Under the pieces are notes generated by a model. The model made no database searches and was not told the DNA's origin. It saw only the letters and a program-made list of their open reading frames with translations. A program made the position numbers and the translations under genes. 51,712 nucleotides of DNA, from positions 1 to 51,712 of IMG/VR virus record IMGVR_UViG_3300012944_000010; one strand, written 5' to 3'. The first letter of the stretch is position 1. Every line of letters begins with the position of its first letter. The stretch comes from a virus (taxonomy: Duplodnaviria > Caudoviricetes). This document shows positions 24,538-34,083 of this stretch, piece by piece.

Positions 24538-26469
24538 CTATTCGTCTTTTGGAAAGCCTGGTAAATCTCTAAGGAGCTTCTGAAGTTCTGGGGATAATTT
24601 AGCAGCATTCTTTAGAACGATTCCATTAAGACGTTCCTCAAGCTCTGCTTTCTCAGCATGAGCTTGTCTGAATTCCAATTTAAACATATCTGGCTCAAAC
24701 CCTTCCTTCTTCCAATTCACGTTCTCAGCTTCTAAAAATCTATTTAAATGATCTAACCGAGCTTCAAGTTTATTATCTTTCATGTTATAAGTAATAGGAT
24801 ATTGGTTTCTATCTGCTTCTGCTACAAAACCTTTACCTTTACGTCCTTGCTTTGCTGCAGCTTTTTCATAAGCTTCTTGCCCAGGAGATTTCTTAGGAGG
24901 GTTGACCCAATGTTCAAATAAATTCATCAAAGGATGTTCTATAGTATCTTTATCTTTAACATTCTCATTAGCAGGTCTTTGTAACTGAGTTACATCACGA
25001 TTAGCAGTATTAAAATCTTCTGGACTTTTCTTCTCAAATTCTTCCATCATCTTTTTATAGACCTCAGGATACTGATTCTTTAAATTCTCAGGTTCTATAG
25101 GTCCACCTTCGAATTGATTCTTATACCAATCAGATAAACCTTCTTCAGGATCAGTGTGTTTCATTTCTTCTTTAAACCAATCCGGAACATCTTTGAGTCC
25201 TTGAGGTCCGAACTTATTCTTAGATTTCAATCCCAAGTTATCAGCTTGTCTCTTAACAGTAGTAGGGTCAACTCCTAATTCTCTACCAAGTTGTGGAAAA
25301 GATTTACCTGCGGCTAAACCTTCTTTTATGATTTTATCAATTCCAGGAATCTTTCTAAATATTCCTAATTCACCAGGACCAACTATTTGTGAAGGGTCTT
25401 TAAGAACGGATAAGATTTGATCTGCTAGAGTATCTCCCATACCTTGTATGTATCTACTAGCTTCACCTTCAGGTCTAGAAGGGATAAACTGTTTAGGCGA
25501 GAACTGTGCAGGTTCTTCGTTAGATGTATAATTAAGTAGACTATTTCTATCAGTATCAGGGTTGAAGAGAGGATTAATAAAATCTTGAGGAGCGTTATAC
25601 CTCTCTTCAGGGAAGGCTGTAGGACTTCTTAAACTGGGATGGTATAAACTAGGGGTACCTTCGAAACTCTCACCAGGGACCTTCTGTGGCAGTCCTAGAG
25701 GCATTCCTTGGAACCTGTCTCCAAAACTAGATTGAATATTAAATATCTTATGTTTACCAGGTTCAATACCTTTTTCGTGATATGCATCTTGATCTATGGA
25801 GTTGGAATCTGGTTGCCCAGCAGCATCCCAAGCATGAAGAGCACGCTCAGGAGAGTTATGAGAAACAATAAGTACTCTGTGTTCATCAGGATGTTCATTA
25901 GCTATCTGTTTAGTTGTATCTATAATTCTATTAGTAAATTCATTGAAAGATTCAGAGCTACCAGGTGGACGTTCGTCTTTAGCATCTTGACAATAATGAT
26001 CTACTTGATCGTGAGCTTCTTTACCTTTACTCTCAGTAAGATCCCCTAAATCCCAGGTTCTTAATCCTGGATGAAAGTCTGGAGTTATTCCGATCTCTTT
26101 ACCAATAATCCTAGCAGTCTCTTTGGCCCTAGGAAGATCACTAGAAACAATATGTGTAATATCAAGATCCTTGACAGACTTAGAAGCTTTCTTAGCTTCT
26201 TTACGCCCATCAGCATTAAGGCTAACATCGGACCATCCACGAATAGGCTGATCATGTGATTTTTCTCCTGATTCTTCATTTAGATCTGTGTCACCGTGAC
26301 GTACGAAGTAGAGTTCTTTATTAGGATTAGCTTCATATACATCGGTCTTGGGATTATAAGTACCTTCACCAGATTTAACTCTAGATGTTAAATCATCATT
26401 CATAGGATGATCAAGAAGATAATCTGTCTGATCTTCATACACTTGTCCATCATGAGTAGATACAACCAT
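24538..26469 (-). CDS. Multidomain protein: histidine phosphatase (PGM family) + HTH, at the end of the internal virion block
   Basis: YFVRHGDT, SSDLPRAKETA, LIVSHN; KSFPQLGRELGVDPTTVKRQA. Confidence 0.8.
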   Translation of the reverse strand: MVVSTHDGQVYEDQTDYLLDHPMNDDLTSRVKSGEGTYNPKTDVYEANPNKELYFVRHGDTDLNEESGEKSHDQPIRGWSDVSLNADGRKEAKKASKSVKDLDITHIVSSDLPRAKETARIIGKEIGITPDFHPGLRTWDLGDLTESKGKEAHDQVDHYCQDAKDERPPGSSESFNEFTNRIIDTTKQIANEHPDEHRVLIVSHNSPERALHAWDAAGQPDSNSIDQDAYHEKGIEPGKHKIFNIQSSFGDRFQGMPLGLPQKVPGESFEGTPSLYHPSLRSPTAFPEERYNAPQDFINPLFNPDTDRNSLLNYTSNEEPAQFSPKQFIPSRPEGEASRYIQGMGDTLADQILSVLKDPSQIVGPGELGIFRKIPGIDKIIKEGLAAGKSFPQLGRELGVDPTTVKRQADNLGLKSKNKFGPQGLKDVPDWFKEEMKHTDPEEGLSDWYKNQFEGGPIEPENLKNQYPEVYKKMMEEFEKKSPEDFNTANRDVTQLQRPANENVKDKDTIEHPLMNLFEHWVNPPKKSPGQEAYEKAAAKQGRKGKGFVAEADRNQYPITYNMKDNKLEARLDHLNRFLEAENVNWKKEGFEPDMFKLEFRQAHAEKAELEERLNGIVLKNAAKLSPELQKLLRDLPGFPKDE

Positions 26470-28613
26470 TATGGGTTAGTCTTTTCTTTGTTCTGTTCTT
26501 TAAGTTTTTTAGCTAATACTTGATTACCTAAAGCTCTTACAGCAGCTGATTCTGTCTCTGCCGGAACACCAGACATATCTTTACCTACATTAGGATTACC
26601 TGCCGTAATTAATTCAACTGCATAAGCATTAGGATCTTTACCTAGATGAGAACCTAAGTTTCTAACTACTCTCATAACATTATTAAGTTGTTTAATAGTT
26701 TGAGTAGCTTGAGCATAATTAGACGTACCATGAGGAAAAGAAAACGGTCCTTGTTCACGCATCTGTTCTTTAGGATTTCTAATAACAAACTCTTGAGTCT
26801 TGTTATCGTAAGCTAAACCAAATTTAGATGTTCCCTCTAAATCTTTCATTAGACTTGGAAAGACACGGTTAGAAACAGCATCCTCTAAGAAATTCTGAAC
26901 TTGATTGTTCAATTTAGGATCTCCTAATGACCAGATTTTATCTAAGGTTTCTTTATCCCCCATCTTCTCAAGAATAGTACCCTGTCCTTCAGCTGTTTTA
27001 CCTGTTCGATAATCGTAAGCATCTTTAGCCCATTTGCCTAACATACCTAAATTCTCAGAACCATAATACATATAAGCCATATTGCGAGCTTGAGTCTTGG
27101 GCATAGTTTTGATATTATCAATGAAGTTAATATATCCTTGTAATGTCGCAGGACTAGCTCCTATGGTATGAGCTTGGTCAATACGTTCACTCATATTAAT
27201 AGGTTTATTATTCTTATCTCCTCCTGGAGGAGTGGACATACCTTTAGCCATAGTTTCTTGGAAATGGTTTCCAATAATTGGACCTGCATTCTTAACTACA
27301 CTTTGAAATGTATCTAGATATGTTTTAGCTACTTCAGGAGCTATACTATTTAATGCTTCATAATCAGCTAAAGCACCTCCAAATCCTGGTACTTTCAACC
27401 AACCTAGTTTAGCATTCTGTTGAATGGCTGCCGCAGCATTGCCAGCAGAAGAAACAATATTACCTAATTTACTTACGTCTCCACCTACCGCATCGTGAGC
27501 TAATCTATCGAAATAGGTTCCAGCTTCATTAAGAGATTTATCTAAATCTCCTCCCATTGTTCGAGCAGCAAATCTAGTATTCTTATACATATCTGCTTTT
27601 AGTTTACTTATAGATTGTGCAATGTCATTTGCAAGTTTCTGACCTTCAACAGAATCTGGGTTAGCTTGAACCTTTCTAACTTTATCTTGTAATTCATCCC
27701 AAGTATTTGCACCATTATTTATCATAAGGTTCTGTTTCCAGTTTTCTACTGTATCTGATATTGTAGAATTAACATTCCGCCCAACTTTAATCTTATCTAC
27801 AGTATTTTGTTTCTCATCTATAGTTAAATCAGTCTCTCGTCTCTTCTGATCTATATCTCTTGACTGAGCATTTAGAACATGATGAAGAGAAGTAAATTCA
27901 TCTACATATCCTGGATCACCTGGCTGTTTACCAAAATGATTATTAACAATAGAATCTCTTAATTCAGGATCTGCTACATCTTTTAATCCACTTAAAATAT
28001 GTGAATCAATCTTACCTCTCTGTTCGTTAAGTTTGGACACAATACTGTTATAATCAGAAATACGTGCGCGTATTAAAGCATCTGCGCTTCCTTCTCCAGT
28101 AGCGCGACTAGCACCTGCCGTTATCTGCGCCCTCCACATAGGAAACTGAGCATTTAAATCCTTAAGAATTCTAGCTCTGTCAGATAAATAATCTGTTTCA
28201 GATATTTTACCATGATCATAACGTTCTTTTAAAGATGCGATAGATTTAGTTCCATTTGTAACTGGAGTTGGAACATCTTGACCGGTGACTAGACTCCCTG
28301 TGGGATCTGTTTTAGATGGTTGTAATTGAGTGTTTTCATCAGGATTTTGTGGTGTGCCTAATAAAGAAGCTTCTTTAACATCTAAATTTCTTCCTTCTTT
28401 TTCAGCAGCTTCATTTAATTGTTCATATGTTTTATTTTCAGCATATGCGCCAACTACTTTACTAACACCACCTATAGCTTCTTCAGCAGCATCTCCAATT
28501 CCTTTACCAAGTATAGCACCAGATTTATCACCTTCTGGCTGTGGTATAGCTCTAGAATATCTAAGATATTCAGGATCACCTGGTGTTTGTATTTGAGGTG
28601 CAAAAGTAACCAT
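26469..28613 (-). CDS. Internal virion (ejection) protein
   Basis: 714 aa, helical character, position in the podovirus core block. Confidence 0.65.
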   Translation of the reverse strand: MVTFAPQIQTPGDPEYLRYSRAIPQPEGDKSGAILGKGIGDAAEEAIGGVSKVVGAYAENKTYEQLNEAAEKEGRNLDVKEASLLGTPQNPDENTQLQPSKTDPTGSLVTGQDVPTPVTNGTKSIASLKERYDHGKISETDYLSDRARILKDLNAQFPMWRAQITAGASRATGEGSADALIRARISDYNSIVSKLNEQRGKIDSHILSGLKDVADPELRDSIVNNHFGKQPGDPGYVDEFTSLHHVLNAQSRDIDQKRRETDLTIDEKQNTVDKIKVGRNVNSTISDTVENWKQNLMINNGANTWDELQDKVRKVQANPDSVEGQKLANDIAQSISKLKADMYKNTRFAARTMGGDLDKSLNEAGTYFDRLAHDAVGGDVSKLGNIVSSAGNAAAAIQQNAKLGWLKVPGFGGALADYEALNSIAPEVAKTYLDTFQSVVKNAGPIIGNHFQETMAKGMSTPPGGDKNNKPINMSERIDQAHTIGASPATLQGYINFIDNIKTMPKTQARNMAYMYYGSENLGMLGKWAKDAYDYRTGKTAEGQGTILEKMGDKETLDKIWSLGDPKLNNQVQNFLEDAVSNRVFPSLMKDLEGTSKFGLAYDNKTQEFVIRNPKEQMREQGPFSFPHGTSNYAQATQTIKQLNNVMRVVRNLGSHLGKDPNAYAVELITAGNPNVGKDMSGVPAETESAAVRALGNQVLAKKLKEQNKEKTNP

Positions 28614-31600
28614 TATATGTTTCCTCCTAGTTCACGACTTCTTATTTGCCGTTGTCTTAATTCTTCTTCTTGACCAGCAGGAACATGCTTAAGATTGTAT
28701 TCTCTTGGTATGCTCTTAACTAATGATTCATGTCTATCTAATGCTTTAGCTTTAAGAGATGGTATATCAAGCATAGGAAAATCTCTCATGCGTAATAAAT
28801 TAGCAGCATCTTGGAAATAACTATCTGCTTGATCTGGATTGTAGCCTACTCCAGCTTGAGCTGCCATAATACCTTTTCTAAACCTTTCAATAAATAGTTC
28901 TTCAGTGTGTTTGTTATACTCTTCTCGATTTTTGGTTTGATTTCCCATCAGATAACCATCCGATACTTGTTGATGATCTAATCCTGTTAAGAGCATTGTT
29001 ATGGCATCCATTGGACGTATATCAGTATCTAATAAAGTTCCTTTACGAGAATACCAATTACCAGTTTGTAAAGCCATTCTGGTTTGATCTCCCCTATTAA
29101 CAGATGTTATTGCCTTAAAGGATTGAACTACATCTTCCCAATTAGTTTTATAACCATCGGTATACATATTCATAGCCCATCGACGGATAGAATCAGTATT
29201 AGCCCAAGTATCTGCAAATACACTACCTGTTGGTCCCGTAGCTGCTCCTAATATAATAGACCACATAGTTGCATCACTATGTAGATTATCAAATAAATTA
29301 CTAGCTATTCCAGTAGGGCCATAAGTTTGACCTATATTATAGGTATGGTTAGTAGCCATATTAATTAAAGCAGCAGGTACACCATTCATCACGGTATCTT
29401 TAATATAACCATCTCCTACTTGATAACCTTGCTCTGTAGCTAACTTACGAATATGATCTGCGATAGGGAATCCCCACAGAGTAGTTCCAATAGGTAAACC
29501 ATAGAGAGTAGACATAGTCGCAAATAGTCTAGTCTTCTCCATAGTTGTTAGTCTCTTACTAAACATCATCTCTGCCAACCGCATATAGTATGATTGAAAT
29601 TGCAGAGGAATAGAAGCTAATCCATGTTGAAATAATGAATTAGAACCTCGATCCATATTAACATTAAGCAAGCGAGCGCGTTGAAATATTTCCTCTTTAT
29701 TAGCTGCTGATAAGGCTCCGGTAGGATTAACATCTCTAAATCTTCTATAAGCGGTAGCCATGGCTCCGTATCTTACATTACGATCCCCTTCTGTAAAGAA
29801 GCTAGCTCCTAAAGATAAGAATCTCTGACCACCATTAGAATAAACACTACCAGACCATATATTATCTCTGGAAGCATGTTCTCCAGCAACAGTACCGAAT
29901 CCGCTGTTTTCTACTAAACTAGCCCACTCTTCGTATTCTCCAGGTCTCCATCCAAAATTTTCTAACAGTCTGCCCATAGATTTCATAACTTCTGGGCTTC
30001 TGTTAATTGCTGTTAAATGATACATATAAGCAGCAGCAGCGCCTGAACCTGCTCTACCAGGACCTTCAACACCCATAATGACAGCCCAGGTATTCATTTG
30101 TTTTAGAAACTCTGAAGGATTAAACATTCCTAATTTGAAATGAAATGCTATCTGCCTTAAAAATCCTGGACCATCTCTAGTCATAGATAAGAAAGATAAA
30201 GGTTTAATGACATAATCTGGACCTAAGTTCTTATACATCGCATCAGATAATTTTTGAGCAGCGGAAGTAAGATAGGATTCTTGTTGGCTAGGTCTAGTTA
30301 CCAATGCAAGGTGTTGCTGTCTAGTTAATTCTAATTGTCTAATTCTATCAAGTTGATCTGCATTTCTACCTGCTTCATTAAAATCAGGATCATGAAATAT
30401 AGAAAAACCAGCTCTATCTATTATCTTTTGTTGCTTGGGAGCAAGGTAAGGCTTGGCTTCTTGCAACCAATGTTGCATAAAAGTAAGTTTTAAATCATCG
30501 AAATAAAATGAATTAGATATATTATTTAATGATCTATTCATTGTAGTCATGGGATCGAGTAACTGAGCAGGCTCCACATTAAAAATAGGATTACCTTTGC
30601 CACCTCTATCCATGATAGTCATAAGCTCTCTTACATCTCTTTCACCTGTGAAAGCTATTTGATATTGAGACGCTGGGTTACCTGTTGTATAACTATTAGA
30701 AAAATCTTTACCATACTTAGCTTTATATTCACTTCCGAAAGCATCTCCTATATTCTTATTGTTATCCATAAGACGGATAGGTTCATCAGGATCTATTCGA
30801 GGTTTAATATTCTTATCAGGTTTGAACATCTCATAAACATCTTGATAATCATAACCTACAGGATTAGCCCTGAGAAAAGCTTTAGCTTCTGCAAATTTAC
30901 TATCTCTAATTAGTTCTCTGAAACCATTTAAACGTTTCTCTAACTCTCTGCCTTCAGCTCTAGTGCGAATAGCCCAGAGAGTATTATCACCTTCATAATT
31001 AACCTTAGTGCCATCCCTGCCAAGAATAGCTTGCTTAAGATAGAAAGGATATTCATATATGAAATGCCCACCGCCTGTTTCAGGAAGTTGTTTAAAATCT
31101 AGATTCTTTCTCTCAAAATTACCAACCACATACCGAATGCGTTCATCTTTAACTGGACCAAATCCTTTTAAAGGTCTAGACAAATCATCATATAATTGAA
31201 CTATTTGAGGCTTAGAAGTAAATTGACCTCCTTTAGTTTTACCTGTACGAAGAATGGTGCCCATCTCAGTATCTTTTCCTAAAGCTCTGAGAGATAGTAT
31301 TTGAGATTCTCCTGCTGTATTACCCATAATCAAGACTTTATGATCTCCACTAGGTATTTGATCACCCAAATGAATACCTGGAAAATGGTCTGATCTAACT
31401 TCATTTCCTTCTGCATCTTTAGAAAGAATAATAGTTTTCATAGCTCCTTGTCTATACATATTACGTAAGACAGAAAGATTACGAAGAGTATAATCTAATT
31501 CGTTAAGTCCTTTCCATGCAAAATAAGCTCTTATTTCCTGTTCATCAGGAAGACGTTGTAATACTTTCTGATACTGGTATTCTAATTCACCTGGATTTTT

Positions 31601-33598
31601 AAAAGTATATCCTAATTTACCTGTATCCCGATCAGTTATTTTACGACCACTATCTACGATACGTTTAAACTCATTCCACTTCTGTCTTTGCGCAGTAAAA
31701 GGAAATGCACCTTTAGTTAAATTCTGAAGATCTTGGCCTGCTGCAATAACTACTTTATTTAAAACATTAGGGCCGAATGTGGCTATACCTCTATTAATAC
31801 TAGCCATTTGAGCCATAGTATCTTCCGGGGTACGTAAACCACCTATGAAACGATTAAGTAAACTAGTAGGAGTTTTAGCTCCATAAGAATTAGTTTCTAT
31901 TGCTTTCTGTATCATCTGATAAGCAAATTTACTATTCTCATTCCAAGGAACAATTATTTTAATATAGTAGCCAGAACCTGAGTCAACAGCTGAAGCAGGA
32001 ACAATAGGTCCTCTGTCTCCCACAGCTGCATATGTCATTGGAGTCTTAGTTTTTTGTGCAGGAGCAGTTACAGGCTCATCCAGACGAGCAACTATATCTT
32101 CAAATGTAGCAGGATTACCTTCAATAGTGAAGTCTTTTAAAGTATGTATTTTATTAGCGTAGTATTTAGCAGCCTCTGCGTCTTGAAAATATACACCTTT
32201 TTGATTGACTAAATGTAATTCAAGATGTGCAGTATTAGTTAAAGGTTCGTCAATTAATTTAACATCTGCTATTTTATTATCTAAACTAGGAAAATAAGTT
32301 TCAATATAGGTTTGAAAATGTTCTTTTAAAACTCCCTCTAACGTTCTCAAATAAGGAGTTCTTGAAATCCTCATCCTATTAGCTAATACATCTTGAGTAA
32401 CAGTTCCAAGATTCTCGACATTCTCTTTTAATTGATTAGATAATTCTGCTCCGAAGTTTCCCGGGTTTTCTCCTATCTTCTCAACTTTTCCTTGTAGGAA
32501 AGAATTCATACCTCTAATTACTTGATCACGAGGATCATTACCCATACTGTCAGAAGCAATGTCGCCAGCAGCTCTACGTATTGCAGCTGTCTCTAAATCA
32601 CCTGCTGCTGCTGGTGCAGCAATCTCTGCTGCTTCTTTACCAATAGATTTAGCCAATCCAGCTATAGTATTTTTCATAGCTAATTGAGGAAAAACTGCTC
32701 TGGCTGCACCTTTAATAGCAGTAGTACCAAAAGGAACAGTAGCAATATCCACAGGAAGCATAAAATTATTAATGAACTTATCGTTAGTCGATTGGCCTAC
32801 TAATGCAGTTAAATATGCTGCCTCTAAATGAGGATTATCTTTCAACTGTTCGTGAATACGATCTAGTGTGCTGGCTTGGTCTTGTCTAGACATCCCATAG
32901 AATTTCTGAGATTGATCTTCAAGATTATTTCCTAAAGCTAATGATGTTCCTACTTGATCTACCAGATTACTTAATTGATAATTCTGGTAACCAGGAACCA
33001 TCATTTTACCCACATCTTTAATAGTTTGCCACCAAGACTCATCATGAACATTCTGAGCTACATTTTGTAATCTATTATTAACTAATTCTCTAGTAGCTAT
33101 TAAATTCTCACCTACTCGTTGATAAGCATTAAACTCTTCAGGATGCTCTGTTTGGGCAGTTTTAAGCCAAGTAGTATTATCCGGTTTACTTTGAGGCCAG
33201 TTAAGATAGCTCATATACTGTTTAGCAAAATGATCTTCAAAAACAGAAGAAGGACTATCTGGTTCTCCTGCTAACTTTCTATCAATAGTGTTTAAATCAT
33301 CTGGAACTAAAGGTCTACCAATTCTAGATGCTACATAAGAAATAGCTTGATTTCTCTTCCTAACATTTTCATATCCTATTTGAGCTGCAACACTATCTCT
33401 TAATTGATCTTCTTTACCGTTTAACATACTTTGATAGTAATCAGGATACGTTTCCTTAACTTTACCTTGCAGTCCAAAATTAGCTCTCTTCGCTCTATCC
33501 TCTGCAACAGCAGGAGACGAAGCTATAGGAGTATCAACAGGTACAGCCGGAATAAATTCTTGATCTTGATCTGGATTATATGCGTCAATAGTAGCCAT
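28613..33598 (-). CDS. Large internal virion (ejection) protein
   Basis: 1661 aa; position; C-terminal QFQSY-type motif as in gp16-like proteins. Confidence 0.7.
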   Translation of the reverse strand: MATIDAYNPDQDQEFIPAVPVDTPIASSPAVAEDRAKRANFGLQGKVKETYPDYYQSMLNGKEDQLRDSVAAQIGYENVRKRNQAISYVASRIGRPLVPDDLNTIDRKLAGEPDSPSSVFEDHFAKQYMSYLNWPQSKPDNTTWLKTAQTEHPEEFNAYQRVGENLIATRELVNNRLQNVAQNVHDESWWQTIKDVGKMMVPGYQNYQLSNLVDQVGTSLALGNNLEDQSQKFYGMSRQDQASTLDRIHEQLKDNPHLEAAYLTALVGQSTNDKFINNFMLPVDIATVPFGTTAIKGAARAVFPQLAMKNTIAGLAKSIGKEAAEIAAPAAAGDLETAAIRRAAGDIASDSMGNDPRDQVIRGMNSFLQGKVEKIGENPGNFGAELSNQLKENVENLGTVTQDVLANRMRISRTPYLRTLEGVLKEHFQTYIETYFPSLDNKIADVKLIDEPLTNTAHLELHLVNQKGVYFQDAEAAKYYANKIHTLKDFTIEGNPATFEDIVARLDEPVTAPAQKTKTPMTYAAVGDRGPIVPASAVDSGSGYYIKIIVPWNENSKFAYQMIQKAIETNSYGAKTPTSLLNRFIGGLRTPEDTMAQMASINRGIATFGPNVLNKVVIAAGQDLQNLTKGAFPFTAQRQKWNEFKRIVDSGRKITDRDTGKLGYTFKNPGELEYQYQKVLQRLPDEQEIRAYFAWKGLNELDYTLRNLSVLRNMYRQGAMKTIILSKDAEGNEVRSDHFPGIHLGDQIPSGDHKVLIMGNTAGESQILSLRALGKDTEMGTILRTGKTKGGQFTSKPQIVQLYDDLSRPLKGFGPVKDERIRYVVGNFERKNLDFKQLPETGGGHFIYEYPFYLKQAILGRDGTKVNYEGDNTLWAIRTRAEGRELEKRLNGFRELIRDSKFAEAKAFLRANPVGYDYQDVYEMFKPDKNIKPRIDPDEPIRLMDNNKNIGDAFGSEYKAKYGKDFSNSYTTGNPASQYQIAFTGERDVRELMTIMDRGGKGNPIFNVEPAQLLDPMTTMNRSLNNISNSFYFDDLKLTFMQHWLQEAKPYLAPKQQKIIDRAGFSIFHDPDFNEAGRNADQLDRIRQLELTRQQHLALVTRPSQQESYLTSAAQKLSDAMYKNLGPDYVIKPLSFLSMTRDGPGFLRQIAFHFKLGMFNPSEFLKQMNTWAVIMGVEGPGRAGSGAAAAYMYHLTAINRSPEVMKSMGRLLENFGWRPGEYEEWASLVENSGFGTVAGEHASRDNIWSGSVYSNGGQRFLSLGASFFTEGDRNVRYGAMATAYRRFRDVNPTGALSAANKEEIFQRARLLNVNMDRGSNSLFQHGLASIPLQFQSYYMRLAEMMFSKRLTTMEKTRLFATMSTLYGLPIGTTLWGFPIADHIRKLATEQGYQVGDGYIKDTVMNGVPAALINMATNHTYNIGQTYGPTGIASNLFDNLHSDATMWSIILGAATGPTGSVFADTWANTDSIRRWAMNMYTDGYKTNWEDVVQSFKAITSVNRGDQTRMALQTGNWYSRKGTLLDTDIRPMDAITMLLTGLDHQQVSDGYLMGNQTKNREEYNKHTEELFIERFRKGIMAAQAGVGYNPDQADSYFQDAANLLRMRDFPMLDIPSLKAKALDRHESLVKSIPREYNLKHVPAGQEEELRQRQIRSRELGGNI

Positions 33599-34083
33599 TA
33601 AAACGACATTAAACCTTTTCCAATACCAGTCATTGCAGAACTAATACCTTGAGCTTGAGAAGATTTAGACTCAATATCTGCTATACTTAACTTATTAATA
33701 TCAATCTGAGAATTGATATCAAATAACTTCTCACCAATCTGTAAGTTCTGAGATATGCCTAATTCACTCGTAGCAGCTTCACCAGATACGGTAGCTCTAC
33801 CACCAGCTAAACCTGAACTGAATTGTCCACCTTGATTAACTGAAGCAGCTAGAGCTGATGATTGTGCTTGTTGCGCAGTACGTACAGTCTGTAACATTCT
33901 ACGTCTAGCATCAATTTCCATGGCTTGTCTACGTTGCTGATCTGCCTGCATCTCCAGCATAGCATTAGCTTTTTCAGCTTCAGCTTTCTGCTTTGCATAT
34001 TTAGAACCTTCTACAGCTCCGTATACTGAACCTGCAACTTCCAGTGTCATTCCTGCAGCTGCGGTATATGGATTACTAGGCAT
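33598..34083 (-). CDS. Internal virion protein (gp14-like)
   Basis: Ala/Gln-rich with hydrophobic glycine-rich termini; follows the nozzle gene. Confidence 0.7.
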   Translation of the reverse strand: MPSNPYTAAAGMTLEVAGSVYGAVEGSKYAKQKAEAEKANAMLEMQADQQRRQAMEIDARRRMLQTVRTAQQAQSSALAASVNQGGQFSSGLAGGRATVSGEAATSELGISQNLQIGEKLFDINSQIDINKLSIADIESKSSQAQGISSAMTGIGKGLMSF

